A stretch of DNA of 64,000 bases, from NCBI RefSeq assembly GCF_006345805.1, contig NC_043013.1, positions 21,638,001 to 21,702,000 on the forward strand, written 5' to 3'. The position numbers and the translations under genes are program-made. The notes beneath the pieces were generated by a model. The model was not told where the DNA came from. It saw only the letters and a program-made list of their open reading frames with translations, and ran no database searches. How positions within the stretch are numbered: the stretch's first letter is position 1; the number at the start of each line of letters is the position of its first letter. The stretch is from Octopus sinensis. Taxonomy: Eukaryota. Below, piece by piece: positions 1 through 11,802 of the stretch.

Positions 1-15
1 TATGTGTCGTATATG

Positions 16-60
<45 letters not shown>

Positions 61-266
61 CTGTGTTTGTGTGTCTGTGTTTGTCCCCCCAACATCGGTT
101 GACAACTAATGCTGGTGTGTTTACGTCCCCGTAACTTAGCGGTTCGGCAAAAAAGACGATAGAATAAGTACTAGGCTTACAAAGAATAAGTCCTGGGGTC
201 GATTTGCTCGACTAAAGGCGGTGCTCCAGCATGACCGCAGTCAAATGACCGAAACAAGTGAAAAAA
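1..266 (+). mobile_element. 3' half of composite tRNA/CORE-type SINE with internal (TA)/(TG) microsatellite
   Basis: Matches the 3' halves of the copies at 9968-10350, 11803-12216 and 12640-13077 (…gtttgtcccc…ggggtcgatttgctcgactaaaggcggtgctccagcatg…gaaacaagt). Confidence 0.8.
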
Positions 267-284
267 ATTTTTTAAGTCACTTTC

Positions 285-427
285 TTTCGCTCTTTCTTCG
301 TGAAACTGAGTATTTCATGGTTTTTATGCAAATTTGTTGGTACTTAACCTAATGCACCTATAATGATAGGTACAAACGAGAATTCCTGGTCAGGGTACAA
401 GAACTGTATGTTCACCATTAATTCGCC
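285..427 (-). mobile_element. R4/Dong-like LINE C-terminal fragment
   Basis: Translates GELMVNIQFLYPDQEFSFVPIIIGALG; homologous to 4078-4750 (GQLLPNLQFLYPDYEFIFIPIIIGALG) and 24935-25070. Confidence 0.65.
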
Positions 428-580
428 ATGTATGTATGTATGTGTGTGTGTATGTATGTGTGTGTGTGTATGCGTGTATGTATGTATGTATGTGTATGTG
501 TGTATGTATGTATGTATGTGTGTATGTATGTATGTGTGTGTGTATGTATGTATGTGTGTATGTATGTATGTGTGTGTGTA

Positions 581-625
<45 letters not shown>

Positions 626-738
626 ACATGCATGTATGTATGTATGTGTGTGTGTGTATGCGTGTATGTATGTATGTATGTGTATGTGTGTATGTATGTA
701 TGTATGTGTGTATGTATGTATGTGTGTGTGTATGTATG

Positions 739-775
<37 letters not shown>

Positions 776-942
776 ACATGCATGTATGTATGTATGTGTG
801 TGTGTGTATGCGTGTATGTATGTATGTATGTATGTGTGTATGTATGTATGTATGTATGTATGTACGTACGTATGCATGTATGTATGTATGTATGTATGTA
901 TGTATGTGTGTGTGTGTATGTGTGTATGTATGCATGTATGTA

Positions 943-973
<31 letters not shown>

Positions 974-1244
974 ATGTATGTGTGTATGTATGTATGTATG
1001 TATGTACGTATGTATGCATGTATGTATGTATGTATGTGTGTGTGTGTGTGTATGTGTGTATGTATGCATGTATGTATGTGTGTGTGTGTATGTGTGTATT
1101 ATGCATGTATGTATGTGTGTGTGTATGTGTGTATGTATGCATGTATGTATGTGTGTGTGTGTGTATGTGTGTATGTATGCATGTATGTATGTGTGTGTGT
1201 ATGTATGTATGTATGTATGTTTGTATGTATGTATGTATGTATGT
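428..1244. repeat. Compound (TATG)n/(TG)n microsatellite, ~820 bp
   Basis: Directly visible; source of the spurious HTYI/MYVC ORFs. Confidence 0.98.
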
Positions 1245-1602
1245 AAGACAGATCGAATCGGCCGTGAGCTGATTCGAAGAACTCTTCTCACACTGCTTGG
1301 GAGGGGGATTTTTATCCGAAATATTGGAAGATTAAATACAGAACTTTAGATATTTCTAAACCTCGTTATTTATTGGCAACGCCATATTTTATTCCGATTT
1401 ATTCCTTATTCGCATTGCCATAAAGTCTTATTAAAACTCACCATTTTGCTCACACATACTTCAAACAAAGCTTCCAAGACACATACGCACACACACACAC
1501 ATGCATGTGTGTGTGTATGTGTGCGAGCGTGTGTTTGTGTGTGTGTATATATATTCATACACACACACACACACATATATATACACACAACGTACAACAC
1601 AT

Positions 1603-1658
<56 letters not shown>

Positions 1659-1800
1659 CACACACACACACATACGAAGACATAATATTGCACTACCTTA
1701 TGCACTTACGCCTAATCTTGTATGGTAGAGTACAGAATACAATATTCGACTAATGAAAGTGTTATAATGATATACACACACACACGCACGCCCCTGTATA

Positions 1801-2174
1801 TACATAGCTTTTACATACGTGCATACATACATACATACATACATACATACATGCATACATACATACATACATACATACATGTATGCATGCATACATACAT
1901 ACATACATAAATACATACATGCAAGCATGCATGCATACATACATACATACATACATACATGCATACATGCATACATACATGCAAGCATGCATACATACAT
2001 ACATACATACATACATACATACATACATGCATACATGCATGCATACATATATACACGCATACATACATACATACATACATACATACATGCATGCATACAT
2101 GCATACATACATACATACATACATACATACATGCATACATGCATACATGCATACATACATACATGCATACATAC
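1801..2174. repeat. (CATA)n/(CATG) microsatellite
   Basis: Directly visible. Confidence 0.97.
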
Positions 2175-2780
2175 ATTATTATGGCTGCCCCCTCGTTATC
2201 GAGTATGGCCATTGCACGAAGCTTAACTGTTATTGGTGCTGTGATCGAATGTGACGTTTTAGCCCAGCTAAAGATCTACAATGTCTTGTACAGATTGGCA
2301 GCTAAAACCTTTACCGGCAGTAGCCGACTGTATTTATAACTGGGCTTCATGTACCTTTGCATGTCGTTTAAGTCCTCCTGCCGAATTACACTCTCTTCCA
2401 CATGCCTGACAGATATGATTAGTATGGTGTGTTACACCAGCACCAGTGGCCAGGTTGTCAGTCATCTGTCTCGCTTTATGACTACGAAGATGACTCTTGA
2501 GTCCAGCTTTACTGAGGCAGGGTCTTGCACTGACACTGCCTGTCTCTCTATGCTAACTTCATTTGTTATTCCATCTTCGGTGACGTGTGCAGACCTAATC
2601 AGTTGGTAGCGCACAGTAAACTACAAGTTTCGTCGGTCACCTATGCTTTAAACCGTGCAGATCTGCAGCGGAGCAGAAGAGTTACCCGAGAAGTCACGTA
2701 CGGAAACTCAAATATGCCATTGGCAATGAGAAAGCCCAAAGAATCAGCAGTCATCACTGAAGATGGAACAATAACCATGT
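2173..2780 (-). mobile_element. RTE-type LINE 3' end with tandem C2H2 zinc fingers (degenerate)
   Basis: Minus-strand peptides ARPCLSKAGLKSHLRSH, ICQACGRECNSAGGLKRHAKVH and PICTRHCRSLAGLKRHIRSQHQ*, then a short 3'UTR ending at a microsatellite. Confidence 0.65.
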
Positions 2781-2993
2781 GAGTGTGTTTGTCTCTGTGT
2801 GACCCCCCCCCACACACACAGGGTTATTCAAAAAGAAAGAGCAGAATTCAAATTTATTTTAAAAATAAACGGTAAGAGACACAAGCACATTCTACATATT
2901 TCTTGAAAAGGAGAGGTCTACATTTTATTTTAAGGAAAATGAACACCATGAGCACCGGTGCTTTTTCCTTTACAAATGCAACTCTTTTCTGTG

Positions 2994-3048
<55 letters not shown>

Positions 3049-3057
3049 TATGTTGTA

Positions 3058-3107
<50 letters not shown>

Positions 3108-3110
<3 letters not shown>

Positions 3111-3299
3111 GGAAAGTTTACGAAAATAAACAAAAGACGAAGGCAGGTGGATACAAACAAACAGATGTATTAGTATAGCGCTCAGGAATAGAAAAAGGCC
3201 TTTACGTTTCGAGCCTACGCTCTTCTACAGAAAGATACACATAAAAAAAACAAGGAGAGAAAAAAATTCGTGTAGGAGCTAACGATCTATCATGGCGTC

Positions 3300-3300
<1 letters not shown>
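3108..3300 (-). mobile_element. Penelope-like short repeat with degenerate hammerhead (core 3199-3234)
   Basis: cttt-CTGTAGA-a-gagc-gtag-gctc-GAAAC-GTA-aagg; flanked by (TA)n. Confidence 0.55.
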
Positions 3301-3356
<56 letters not shown>

Positions 3357-3369
3357 ATATATAAAGTGT

Positions 3370-3555
3370 AACCGCACGTGGATTGTTGGCGATTTTTCCT
3401 TAATTTTCCTTCTTTCTCTTTGGACTTGATGAAGAGCTACGCTCGAGACGTTAACAAATCTCTCCCTTCACCGAGCATCAAATTAATATATTTCTTGTGT
3501 ACGCCCTCACATGTTTTTTATTTCTGTTTTTTAACTGTTTGTTCTTTGCATTAAC
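3370..3555 (+). mobile_element. Penelope-like short repeat with degenerate hammerhead (core 3426-3452)
   Basis: TTGATGA-a-gagc-tac-gctc-GAGAC-GTT; shares gttggcgattttt with the copies at 25.6 and 46 kb. Confidence 0.55.
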
Positions 3556-3646
3556 TGTGTGTGTGCGTGCGCGCGCGTGTTTATATATAAAATATATAAA
3601 TATATTAAATTTCTAAATCTCTCATATGTACGGTGGTGGGGCGATA

Positions 3647-3929
3647 GAATGGTTGTATACTGTCAATCTAACGTGAACGTGACAGTAGGGAGTTACACCA
3701 CCGCTGTTTAGCCCTAGGAAGCATCGACGCTTCCTGCTGGCTTCTACACATTTTTCCTGTGTCCTTATATACGTTTACGAATGTGTTTGTCTCCCCTTCG
3801 TAAATGTATATAAGGACAGGAAAAATGTGTCGAAGCCAGCAGGAAGCGTCGATGCTTCCTATGGCTAAACAGCGGTGGTGTAACCCCCTACTGTCACGTT
3901 CACGTTAGATTGACAGTATACAACCATTC
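3647..3929. mobile_element. Foldback MITE: ~135-bp inverted arms, 15-nt loop, TA flanks
   Basis: 3647-3781 is the near-perfect reverse complement of 3797-3929; TA at 3645-46 and 3930-31. Confidence 0.85.
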
Positions 3930-4077
3930 TATATAAATATATATATATAAATATACATACACAAGTATGGGTGTCTATATGTGTGCGTGCGTGTGTGTGT
4001 GTGTGTGTGTGTTTGAATGCATGTATGTATGTATGTATGTATGTATGTATGTCGCTTCTATTTTTTAATTATTATAA

Positions 4078-4750
4078 ATCTTCCACTGAGGGAGGAGCCG
4101 GTTTCCAACAAAGATACAAGGCTCAATCTTTGGGGTGTAGTTAACACAGACAAATTCACATTTGGAACTTGAGAAAAGTCTTACATATTTTTACTGTTCC
4201 ACTCACAGATTGCACATGTATTGTACGAATCAGCGCTCAATCTCCCTTTCTGAAAATCCCAGTTTATCCAGATTCTCCTTTAAGCATTTACTAACAAAAC
4301 CTAGTGCGCCAATTATTATTGGTATGAATATGAATTCATAGTCTGGATACAGAAACTGGAGGTTCGGAAGCAGTTGTCCATAGATATCCTCTTTTTCTTA
4401 GATTTTCAAAGAGATATTTATATCTGTTGGGCAGCTGACCTCTATGATGGTACATACCTTTGCTCCTCTGTACCAAACAATAATATCCGGCCTGTTAAAT
4501 TTACATTTGACAGACGTTTTGATGGGAATATTTTCTAAGTTTATTTCAGGACAGTCTTTTTTGCGGATGGCATTATAAATTGTTTTAGCAACAACATCGT
4601 GCCACATAGGGAGGTAGTACTGTGACGACATTTTAGGACAGTTGCTAATCACATGCGTAATGTCTTCCACAGAAACATGACATAGCCTATACATGCGGTT
4701 GTGCCTCGGGATTACAAGTTCAGTGGTACTCCACCGAGAAGATGTCATCG
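4078..4750 (-). mobile_element. R4/Dong-like LINE 3' end (zinc knuckle + REL endonuclease)
   Basis: ORF 4398-4748: RLCHVSVEDITHVISNCP…HD and RPDIIVW…IIEVSCP; downstream FIPIIIGALG. Confidence 0.8.
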
Positions 4751-4754
4751 ATAA

Positions 4755-5170
4755 AACATTTGAGGTACTAGAGAGACTGAAAGAATTGCGACTCTACTTC
4801 CTGGAGTGAAGGTGGGAGATATATGGAGCGATATACACATGGAAGATCTTAGAAGGTCTAGCACCTTCTAGGATAGCCATATCAACCGCAAACAAGAAGC
4901 CACTGTACTTTCAAATGTTCCTCCCATCCCGTCTAGATTGTGGACCAGGTACTGAAAGGCCTATAGCTATTTAATATCTTGCCGTAAAAAAAAAGAAAAG
5001 AAAAAAAGAAAACTTGGAGATCTTGAAGGAATGATTTTAAGAAGCACCTTGACCTTCTGTAGTCCAAGATCTCAGGTGAGCCCTACACCAAGGCAAGACA
5101 CTCAAACGAGCGCATCAGTATCAAACTCCCTCGGCCAGCAAAAGCCAACTCCAAGTCAGACTCACATACT
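4755..5170 (+). mobile_element. CR1/L2-like LINE 3' fragment (degenerate)
   Basis: Frameshifted ERLKELRLY…ERYGAIYTWKILEGLAP, typical of the CR1 RT C-terminus. Confidence 0.55.
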
Positions 5171-6083
5171 TTTCATATATATTTAATGCAAACTATTTGA
5201 AAACTATTTTCTTTTTTGGATTTGGTTTGCAAGATTCTTTATATGAGTTCGTGTGTTGAAGCATATTCTGTAGTGTCTGGGGACAGTCATTTTCTTTTTG
5301 TGCCTTATAATTTAACACACTCAATGGTAAAATTTCCACTTTTTACTTATTTTTATTTTCCTAAAATTTTCGCTGCGTCTTGCAACCTTTTCAGTAGTTT
5401 TGAAAACTATTTCATTCTGTGAGGAATTGTTCAAAGCTTTGAAATAATGAGGAAAACGTTTCAATAATAAGGCAAGAGATGAGTTCAAATACGGCCGAGG
5501 TCGACTTCGCTTTTCGGGGTCGATAAAATAAGTTCTGGCTGAGTACTGGGACCAATGTGATCGACTTGCGCCTCTCCTCTAAGATTTCAGGTCACGTGCC
5601 AAGAGTAGAAAGAAGAAAAAAAAAAGAAGCCAGGTAGGCAAGAGAAGTGAGAGAGTGCCGGAGAGCGAGGGAGTGAAAAATATGCGTTCCACGTTGGGAG
5701 TGTGAAGACTAAATTTAGTTATTTACGGTTGGTTGCGATAACAGGAAAAATTGAAAGGCAGGTTTCGTGAGGAGATTTATACTGGTTAAAGGGAAATAAC
5801 TTTTATAAGTCGGTCGAAAGCAATAAAAATGCGACTAAAATTTAAAAGGTTGAAACTAATGTTAAAGCGGATTGATATATTTAGTTTCGTAGAAAGGTTT
5901 AGCAAAGAGGTTGAAGGAGAGACCTAGTAATATAAATGAATTATACAAAGATAAAAGTATTTAAAGGATCATGGGTAATAAGTATTTAAAGGAAAAGAGA
6001 TGAAAAATGTTTGAAGACTTCAACGCTTCCAGAGTGACGTATGGTGATTGGGTGTGCTTTCACACTGACCATTCTATGACTAA

Positions 6084-6461
6084 CGGAGGCGCAATGGCCA
6101 GTGGTTAGGGCAGCGGACTCGCGGTCGTAGGATCGCGGTTTCGATTCCCAGACTGGGCGTTGTGAGTGTTTATTGAGCGAAAACACATAAAGCTCCACGA
6201 GGCTCCGGCAGGGATGGTGGTGATCCCTGCTGTACTCTTTCACCACAACTTTCTCTCACTCTTACTTCCTGTTTCTGTTGTACCTGTATTTCAAAGGGCC
6301 GGCCTTGTCACTCTCTGTGTCACACTGAATATCCCCGAGAACTACGTTAAGGGTGCACGTGTCTGTGGAGTGCTCAGCCACTTACACGTTAATTTCACGA
6401 GCAGGCTGTTCCGTTGATCGGATCAACCGGAACCCTCATCGTCGTAACCGACGGAGTGCTT
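6084..6461 (+). mobile_element. tRNA-derived SINE with 15-bp TSD
   Basis: A/B-box-like head (tggccagtgg…ggtttcgattcc); TSD ccattctatgactaa at 6069-6083 and 6462-6476; decayed reverse copy near 23740-23935. Confidence 0.85.
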
Positions 6462-6756
6462 CCATTCTATGACTAATATTACGCAAATTAGGCATACAAA
6501 CTGTACATTTCTATTCAAATGCAGGATCGCAAATGTAAATAATGTAAACTTAATTCAATTGGGATACAGATATATGGCACTAAAATAAACTGATTTAATA
6601 AGACCCTATAAATTGCCAGCATTCTAAAAGAAGCCATAATTTTCTTGTATGCACACACTGAAAAATAAGAAACCGTATAATTTTACTCACTAAAATTAAT
6701 TATATGTAAGTTCTATTCTTCTTCTATGAGACGGAAAATGTTCGATAACCTCATCT

Positions 6757-6983
6757 ATTTCTTTACTACCCACAAGGGGCTAAACACAGAGGGAACAAAC
6801 AAGGACAGACAAACAGATTAAGTCGATTATATCGACCCCAGTGCGTAACTGGTACTTATTTAATCGACCCCGAAAGGATGAAAGGCAAAGTCGACCTCGG
6901 CGGAATTCGAACTCAGAACGCAACGGCAGACGAAATACCGCTAAACATTTAGCCCGGCGTGCTAACGATCTTGCCAGCTCACG
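6757..6983 (-). mobile_element. tRNA-derived SINE (octopus OR-like, gtcgactttgcctttcatcctttcggggtcgat core)
   Basis: Same family at 5476-5600, 14101-14495, 14657-15100, 17700-18330, 18341-18560 and 61731-61950. Confidence 0.8.
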
Positions 6984-7775
6984 AACCACTTTATCATTTG
7001 TTTCGAAAACAAATTAAGATCAAAGTTATATGATGATATTGGAAGAAAAAAAAAATTATTGCAAAATCAATCAGTTTTAGTTTAAGAATTTAAAATTAAT
7101 TTAAACGTACAACTTCTCGCCACGAAACCGAACATGCGACCGCGCTGTCAAAGCTGTTGTACACTCTTTGCCATTAATTTTCTGCCATTCTGCCATTCTC
7201 CCAAAATACGCCCGGCACCATATTATGTGATGTGTGCAGTGTTATTTCAGGACACCCGCCATCAAATTTCAAGTGTGGGCATAAAAAAGTTTTCCATTAT
7301 GTTATGTGACTAAATTAATGAGTAAGGTTAATATTTATAATGAAATTGCCATTTTCGATGGGTATGCAGCGCACACCCGGAGTATACGCCCCTGTTCACT
7401 ACCAACTCTACTCTGTACCTCAACTTTGAGCAGCCACACCTCACTGTCATCAGCCGCATCTTCCTTTATGTTGTAGGGCACAACACAGTTTTTACCCACC
7501 CTAGTCAAATTGCTCATCACTGAACAGCCCATATCCAGTCAATCACGAATTTCTTTGTCGCATTAGACAGACACCCAAATATTTGTATTATTTTTTTTAT
7601 TTTTCAACCTGGTTCTCTATCCGAATCACCAGGCGTTCATAAGTCTCCTCGTCCTACTGGTATTCAGATAAACACTGGCGCATTTTACGCGGAGAATAGC
7701 TTCTTACTGTTGTTTGTGAGCAGAGTAGCATCATCAGCATATCACAAGCATCATAGATTGAGTGAGATTCGAACC

Positions 7776-8172
7776 TCTCTCTATATATAAGAGCTGAAGT
7801 TGTCTGTGTATGGCAGGTTTTGTAGCCTTCAACTAACACTATCTCCCCCGAGATCCTGTGGTACAAGTTGACCTAAATTGAAAGTATGATAGAAGGAGGC
7901 TTGCTCTTCCATCTGCAGAAGAAAAAAAATTCAAATCGGACCATGTTAACACCAAAAATTATTTACATCAAAAAGCTGCTTTTTTTCTATGAAAACCCTA
8001 TTTTTTACGATTTTTTGACTGCTATGTCGCCATTTTTCGGTGTATTTCAACCAGAAAAATGTTCACCTAAAAAGAATAACAAGCTACAGAATGCAAAATT
8101 TTTACTTTTCAAAAATTCCAATTCTAAAGGGTCGAAACAAACTCGAGCAACGGTGGGCGGCGATACTGCTAC
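7776..8172 (+). mobile_element. Non-autonomous Helitron-like element
   Basis: 5' TC-(TA)n start (tctctctatatataagagctgaagttgtctgtg); 3' GC-rich subterminal motif followed by ctac, a degenerate CTAG. Confidence 0.5.
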
Positions 8173-8222
8173 TAAGCAGATAAAAGTGAAGTTAATTGAT
8201 ATTTCTCAGTCGCTCTCCCCGA

Positions 8223-8274
8223 CCGGAAGAGAGAAGAAGAAATGCAGACAGCAATTAGTGACGTCAGCGGAAGT
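8223..8274 (+). promoter_or_regulatory. Putative ATP6V1F proximal promoter: ETS (CCGGAAG 8223-8229), CRE (TGACGTCA 8259-8266) abutting ETS (GCGGAAGT 8267-8274)
   Basis: Exact motif matches 90-140 nt upstream of the ATG; CRE+ETS is a common housekeeping promoter combination; function not shown. Confidence 0.55.
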
Positions 8275-8364
8275 TATGCCACGAACGCTAACTCTGACTA
8301 ATCCATTTCTTCGTCTCGTGATTTTTCAGGACATTTAAAAATTCTTCCTCCTGAAATTCAAAGA

Positions 8365-8412
8365 ATGTCTTCGGCAGCGAAAGGGAAACTTATGGCTGTA
8401 ATTGGAGATGAG
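8365..8412 (+). CDS. ATP6V1F: V-type proton ATPase subunit F, coding exon 1 (MSSAAKGKLMAVIGDE)
   Basis: Matches conserved KLIAVIGDE; donor GAG|gtaagc, phase 0. Confidence 0.95.
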
Positions 8413-9795
8413 GTAAGCAGTCTTTTGTAACCCATTCTGAAGTATTGTTCAGTGTTATCAATTTAGAACTCAGGTGTTTTCATACCTCACGGTTCTTCAG
8501 ACACAACATTCCGATCCCGTCTCCTTCAACTAAAATATATTATTTGTTATTCTCCAAGTTTATTTTTCTTTATTGCTCGTTGCTTATTTTATATTATAAT
8601 TTCCATTCTGTGTTTACTTAATTTCGTATGTATAGCTAAGCGAAAATTACAAATAAAGCTCTCTTCAACAAAATTAAATGTTACCTGTAGAAAGTTCATC
8701 CCGCGAATTCATTGATTATTGAATTATAAATTGCTATTACTGTTGATTAGAGAAGGAATTAGCTGTAGTATTTGCCAGAGGGTCCGTTGCTACTTTAAAA
8801 ATTAACGAAATACAAAAAAAAATCAATTTTATATTATGTATGATAGTGTGTGGGTGTGTGTGTAGCAGTTTTGTCTTCTACATACAGCAACGTAAACATC
8901 CTTTGACTTTCACAGAATTCCACCTGAAGATACCATCATATTTTATCATCTATTTTATTTCCAGTCTTTTTTGCTGAATGTTATTCCTGCCCCTGGATAA
9001 CAAGGTCAACCTTTGGCTATGTCAGAGTGAACCCCGCCTCCTTTTTTTTTTCATGGTTCTATTTTTCTTTTTTTTTCTTCCTTAATTTTTACTTCTGACC
9101 AAACCGGATCAAATGACCAGCGAGTAGTTAAGGATGGTACCTGGCCGACGAGGGATCCTCTACATAAGCGCTCAAATTGCTAGAAATGCTAGCCATATCT
9201 AAAAATACGTTATTTACAAAACAAAAATGAATAAAATACCTAACTCTCTGCCTCTCTCTCTTATTCTCTATGCTGTTATCGAACACCTACAACCATATAA
9301 ATTGTTTATTGTTTTTACGACCACACATACGTACATATATACACATATATTAATAACCATATTAAACCCTTATGATACTACAGTGATGTAATTATACGGA
9401 GGCCCTAAGCCTCGTATCTATACGCTGTATTTTCTAAATGATATTGAAAGCTATAGTGCTAATTGGCATCTACCAGTTCCATGTAGTGTTAACAAAAATC
9501 TACCGCTTCTATAAAGAGCATTAACTATTTAACTTCGTCTCTTTCCAAACTCAGAATTAATTTTATAAAACGGTCTGTTGTATTTTGGGAAAGATACTGT
9601 GAACAGGGATTAACGAGTTTGGGAAAGTATATTCGTACTTAAATCTAGTGTTATTGGCGTTAAATGGGAGCGGAGTATGTAATATTTATAATAACGTGTC
9701 TGTAGGTGTAGCACGTAACAGGCGAACAAGCATTTCATTTTGGTAACCTTAACTTATCGCCGATTTATGTTAGCACACCTCTCCTTGCGATACCC

Positions 9796-10467
9796 GGTAC
9801 TACTAGCGAACAGTGGTTCCGGTGCGCGCACTCGCTAGTCGTAAGTAGTCGATCCTACAACGACTTTTTAACCCTAAACCTAACCTTAGTTTGTTTATAA
9901 AAATAATTTATTTACTTAGTTTAAAGAATTATTTACTTTGTTCGATAAATATTATTTAATTTTCTTTGATGGCTGTGTGGTAAGTAGCTTGCTTACCAAC
10001 CACATGGTTTCGGGTTCAGTCCCACTGCGTGGCATCTTGGGCAAGTGCCTTCTGCTATAGCCTCGGGCCGACCAATGCCTTGTGAGTGGATTTGGTAGAC
10101 GGGAACTGAAAGAAGCCTGTCGTATATATGTATATATATATATATATGTATTTGTGTGTATGTCTGTGTTTGTCCCCCTAGCATTGCTTGACAACCGATG
10201 GTGTGTTCGTCCCTGTAATTGCAGTTCGCAAAAGAGACCGATAGAATAAGTACTGGGCTTACAAAGAATAAGTCCCGGGGTCGATTTGCTCGACTAAAGG
10301 TGGTGCTCCAGCATGGCCGCAGTCAAATGACTGAAACAAGTAAAAGAGTATGTATTCAGCCTTGAAATACAAACATACGCACAAGTTGTTGTAGGATCGA
10401 CTACTTACGACTAACTGGCGCAGAAGCGCGAGTGCGCGCACCGGGACCACTGTTCGCTAGTAGTACC
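9796..10467. mobile_element. Merlin-like MITE with ~70-bp TIRs and 8-bp TSD
   Basis: TIR ggtactactagcgaacagtgg…; TSD cgataccc at 9788-9795 and 10468-10475; GG termini. Confidence 0.75.
9968..10350 (+). mobile_element. Composite tRNA/CORE-type SINE nested inside the Merlin-like MITE
   Basis: ggctgtgtggtaag…ggttcagtcccactgcgtggcatcttgggcaagtg…(TA)n…gaaacaagtaaaagagt. Confidence 0.85.
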
Positions 10468-10824
10468 CGATACCCTAGATATAGTATGTGTTTGTGCATG
10501 CACGTTTAAATAGTAAGAATGAAAAATTATTTTACATTCAGTCTTGTTTTTAATTATGTTGTGAAGGCGCGTGGTCTAGTGGTTAGGGAGTTCAACTCCC
10601 GCTTGCTCGCTCGCAAGCAAGCTCGTGGGTCCCGACCGACGGCAGGTTATGTTCTTCAGCAAAACGTTTTATTTCACGTTGCTTCTGTTTACCGAGCTGT
10701 AAATGTGTAAGCCTACGACGCACTGGCATTCGATTCAAGGGCAATGTTGTCCTACCCACCTAACCAGTGGGGGTGGCATCATTCGAAAACTGCAACAGTG
10801 CAAAGAAGCGCATTGTGACCAGTG

Positions 10825-11248
10825 ATATCAAAAATTTGTCCTACGAAGAAAGGCTGAGGACGCTCGACCTTTATTCTCTTGAAAAACGCCGCCGCCGTGG
10901 TGATCTCATTCTCGCCCACAACATCATAAGTGGAAAGTGTAACCTCTCAAAAGAGCTGTTGTTCACTCCTGCTCCAGAGCGTCGGCTGCGGGGTCATTCC
11001 GAAAAGCTCTACCTGCGACGATTTCATCTCAATCGAAGGAGAGGAGCTTTCTCCGTCCGGGTTGCGGATCCGTGGAACAAGCTGCCAGACAAGATGGTGA
11101 AGATGCCGACGACCGCTTTGTTCAAAGCCTCCCTTGACCTCAAGTGGCCTGAACTCTTTACATGAACACCACCCTGTACTTAACTCCATGTCCCCCTACA
11201 TGGCCTTGCTATTTGCTTTTGAGCCAAATTAACTAACTAACTAACTAA
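10825..11248 (+). mobile_element. CR1-type LINE 3' end, preceded by a SINE head (10560-10824)
   Basis: LSYEERLRTLDLYSLEKRRRRGDLI…RGHSEKL…FSVRVADPWNKLP; (TAAC)n tail. Confidence 0.85.
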
Positions 11249-11802
11249 CATATAACAACATTCGCTAGTCTGGATGATACAATGGTTTTTAACTATGTCA
11301 GCACTGTGTGAATTTGGTACATATATATATAAATTAGTAGTTTTTGTAGTTTTATATTTGTATGATTTGTTGGAAACTAAAAAGCTGTTTCCTTCTCTGA
11401 TAGAAAAATATGAATAGCAGAAAATTTTCTGTTATAGATATAACCTTCATAACTCTGCTAACAATAAACTACAATCTTGGTAGGTCAAATGAGTCCATTT
11501 AATTCTGTTGCAGTTCTGTCTCTTTCCTCAACTTTCCTTTGCTCTCTGTTCTATTACTTTCAAACCATTTTGATGTTTATTAGCCATTGTTTTGTTCTCT
11601 GGAACGTTTTATACAATCACTACAATATAACCATGAAATCATTTATTGGTCTTCAACACAACAAAGAGAACTGAATTTAACCAGCTGTTGTTTGTCCATG
11701 TTTCTAATGCATGTTTCTCAATATAATGGGGTCCTTTGACTATATTCAATCTACTCCCCTCTTTCTTCATTATCTAGAATCAAACCTTCTCTTTACACTT
11801 AT

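Noticed and set aside
344-2339. Many 100-330 aa ORFs (HTYI/MYVC/CV repeats); also 46075-46516, 58778-59257 and 61871-62675
   Set aside because: Stop-free translations of (TATG)/(TG)/(TA) microsatellites
7335-7532. ORF MGCSVMSNL…DDSEVWLLKVE as first exon of a divergent gene sharing the ATP6V1F promoter
   Set aside because: Only a weak donor (gtacag) and no downstream exon found; the adjacent caggggcgta… looks more like a hAT-type terminus. Unresolved and unsupported.
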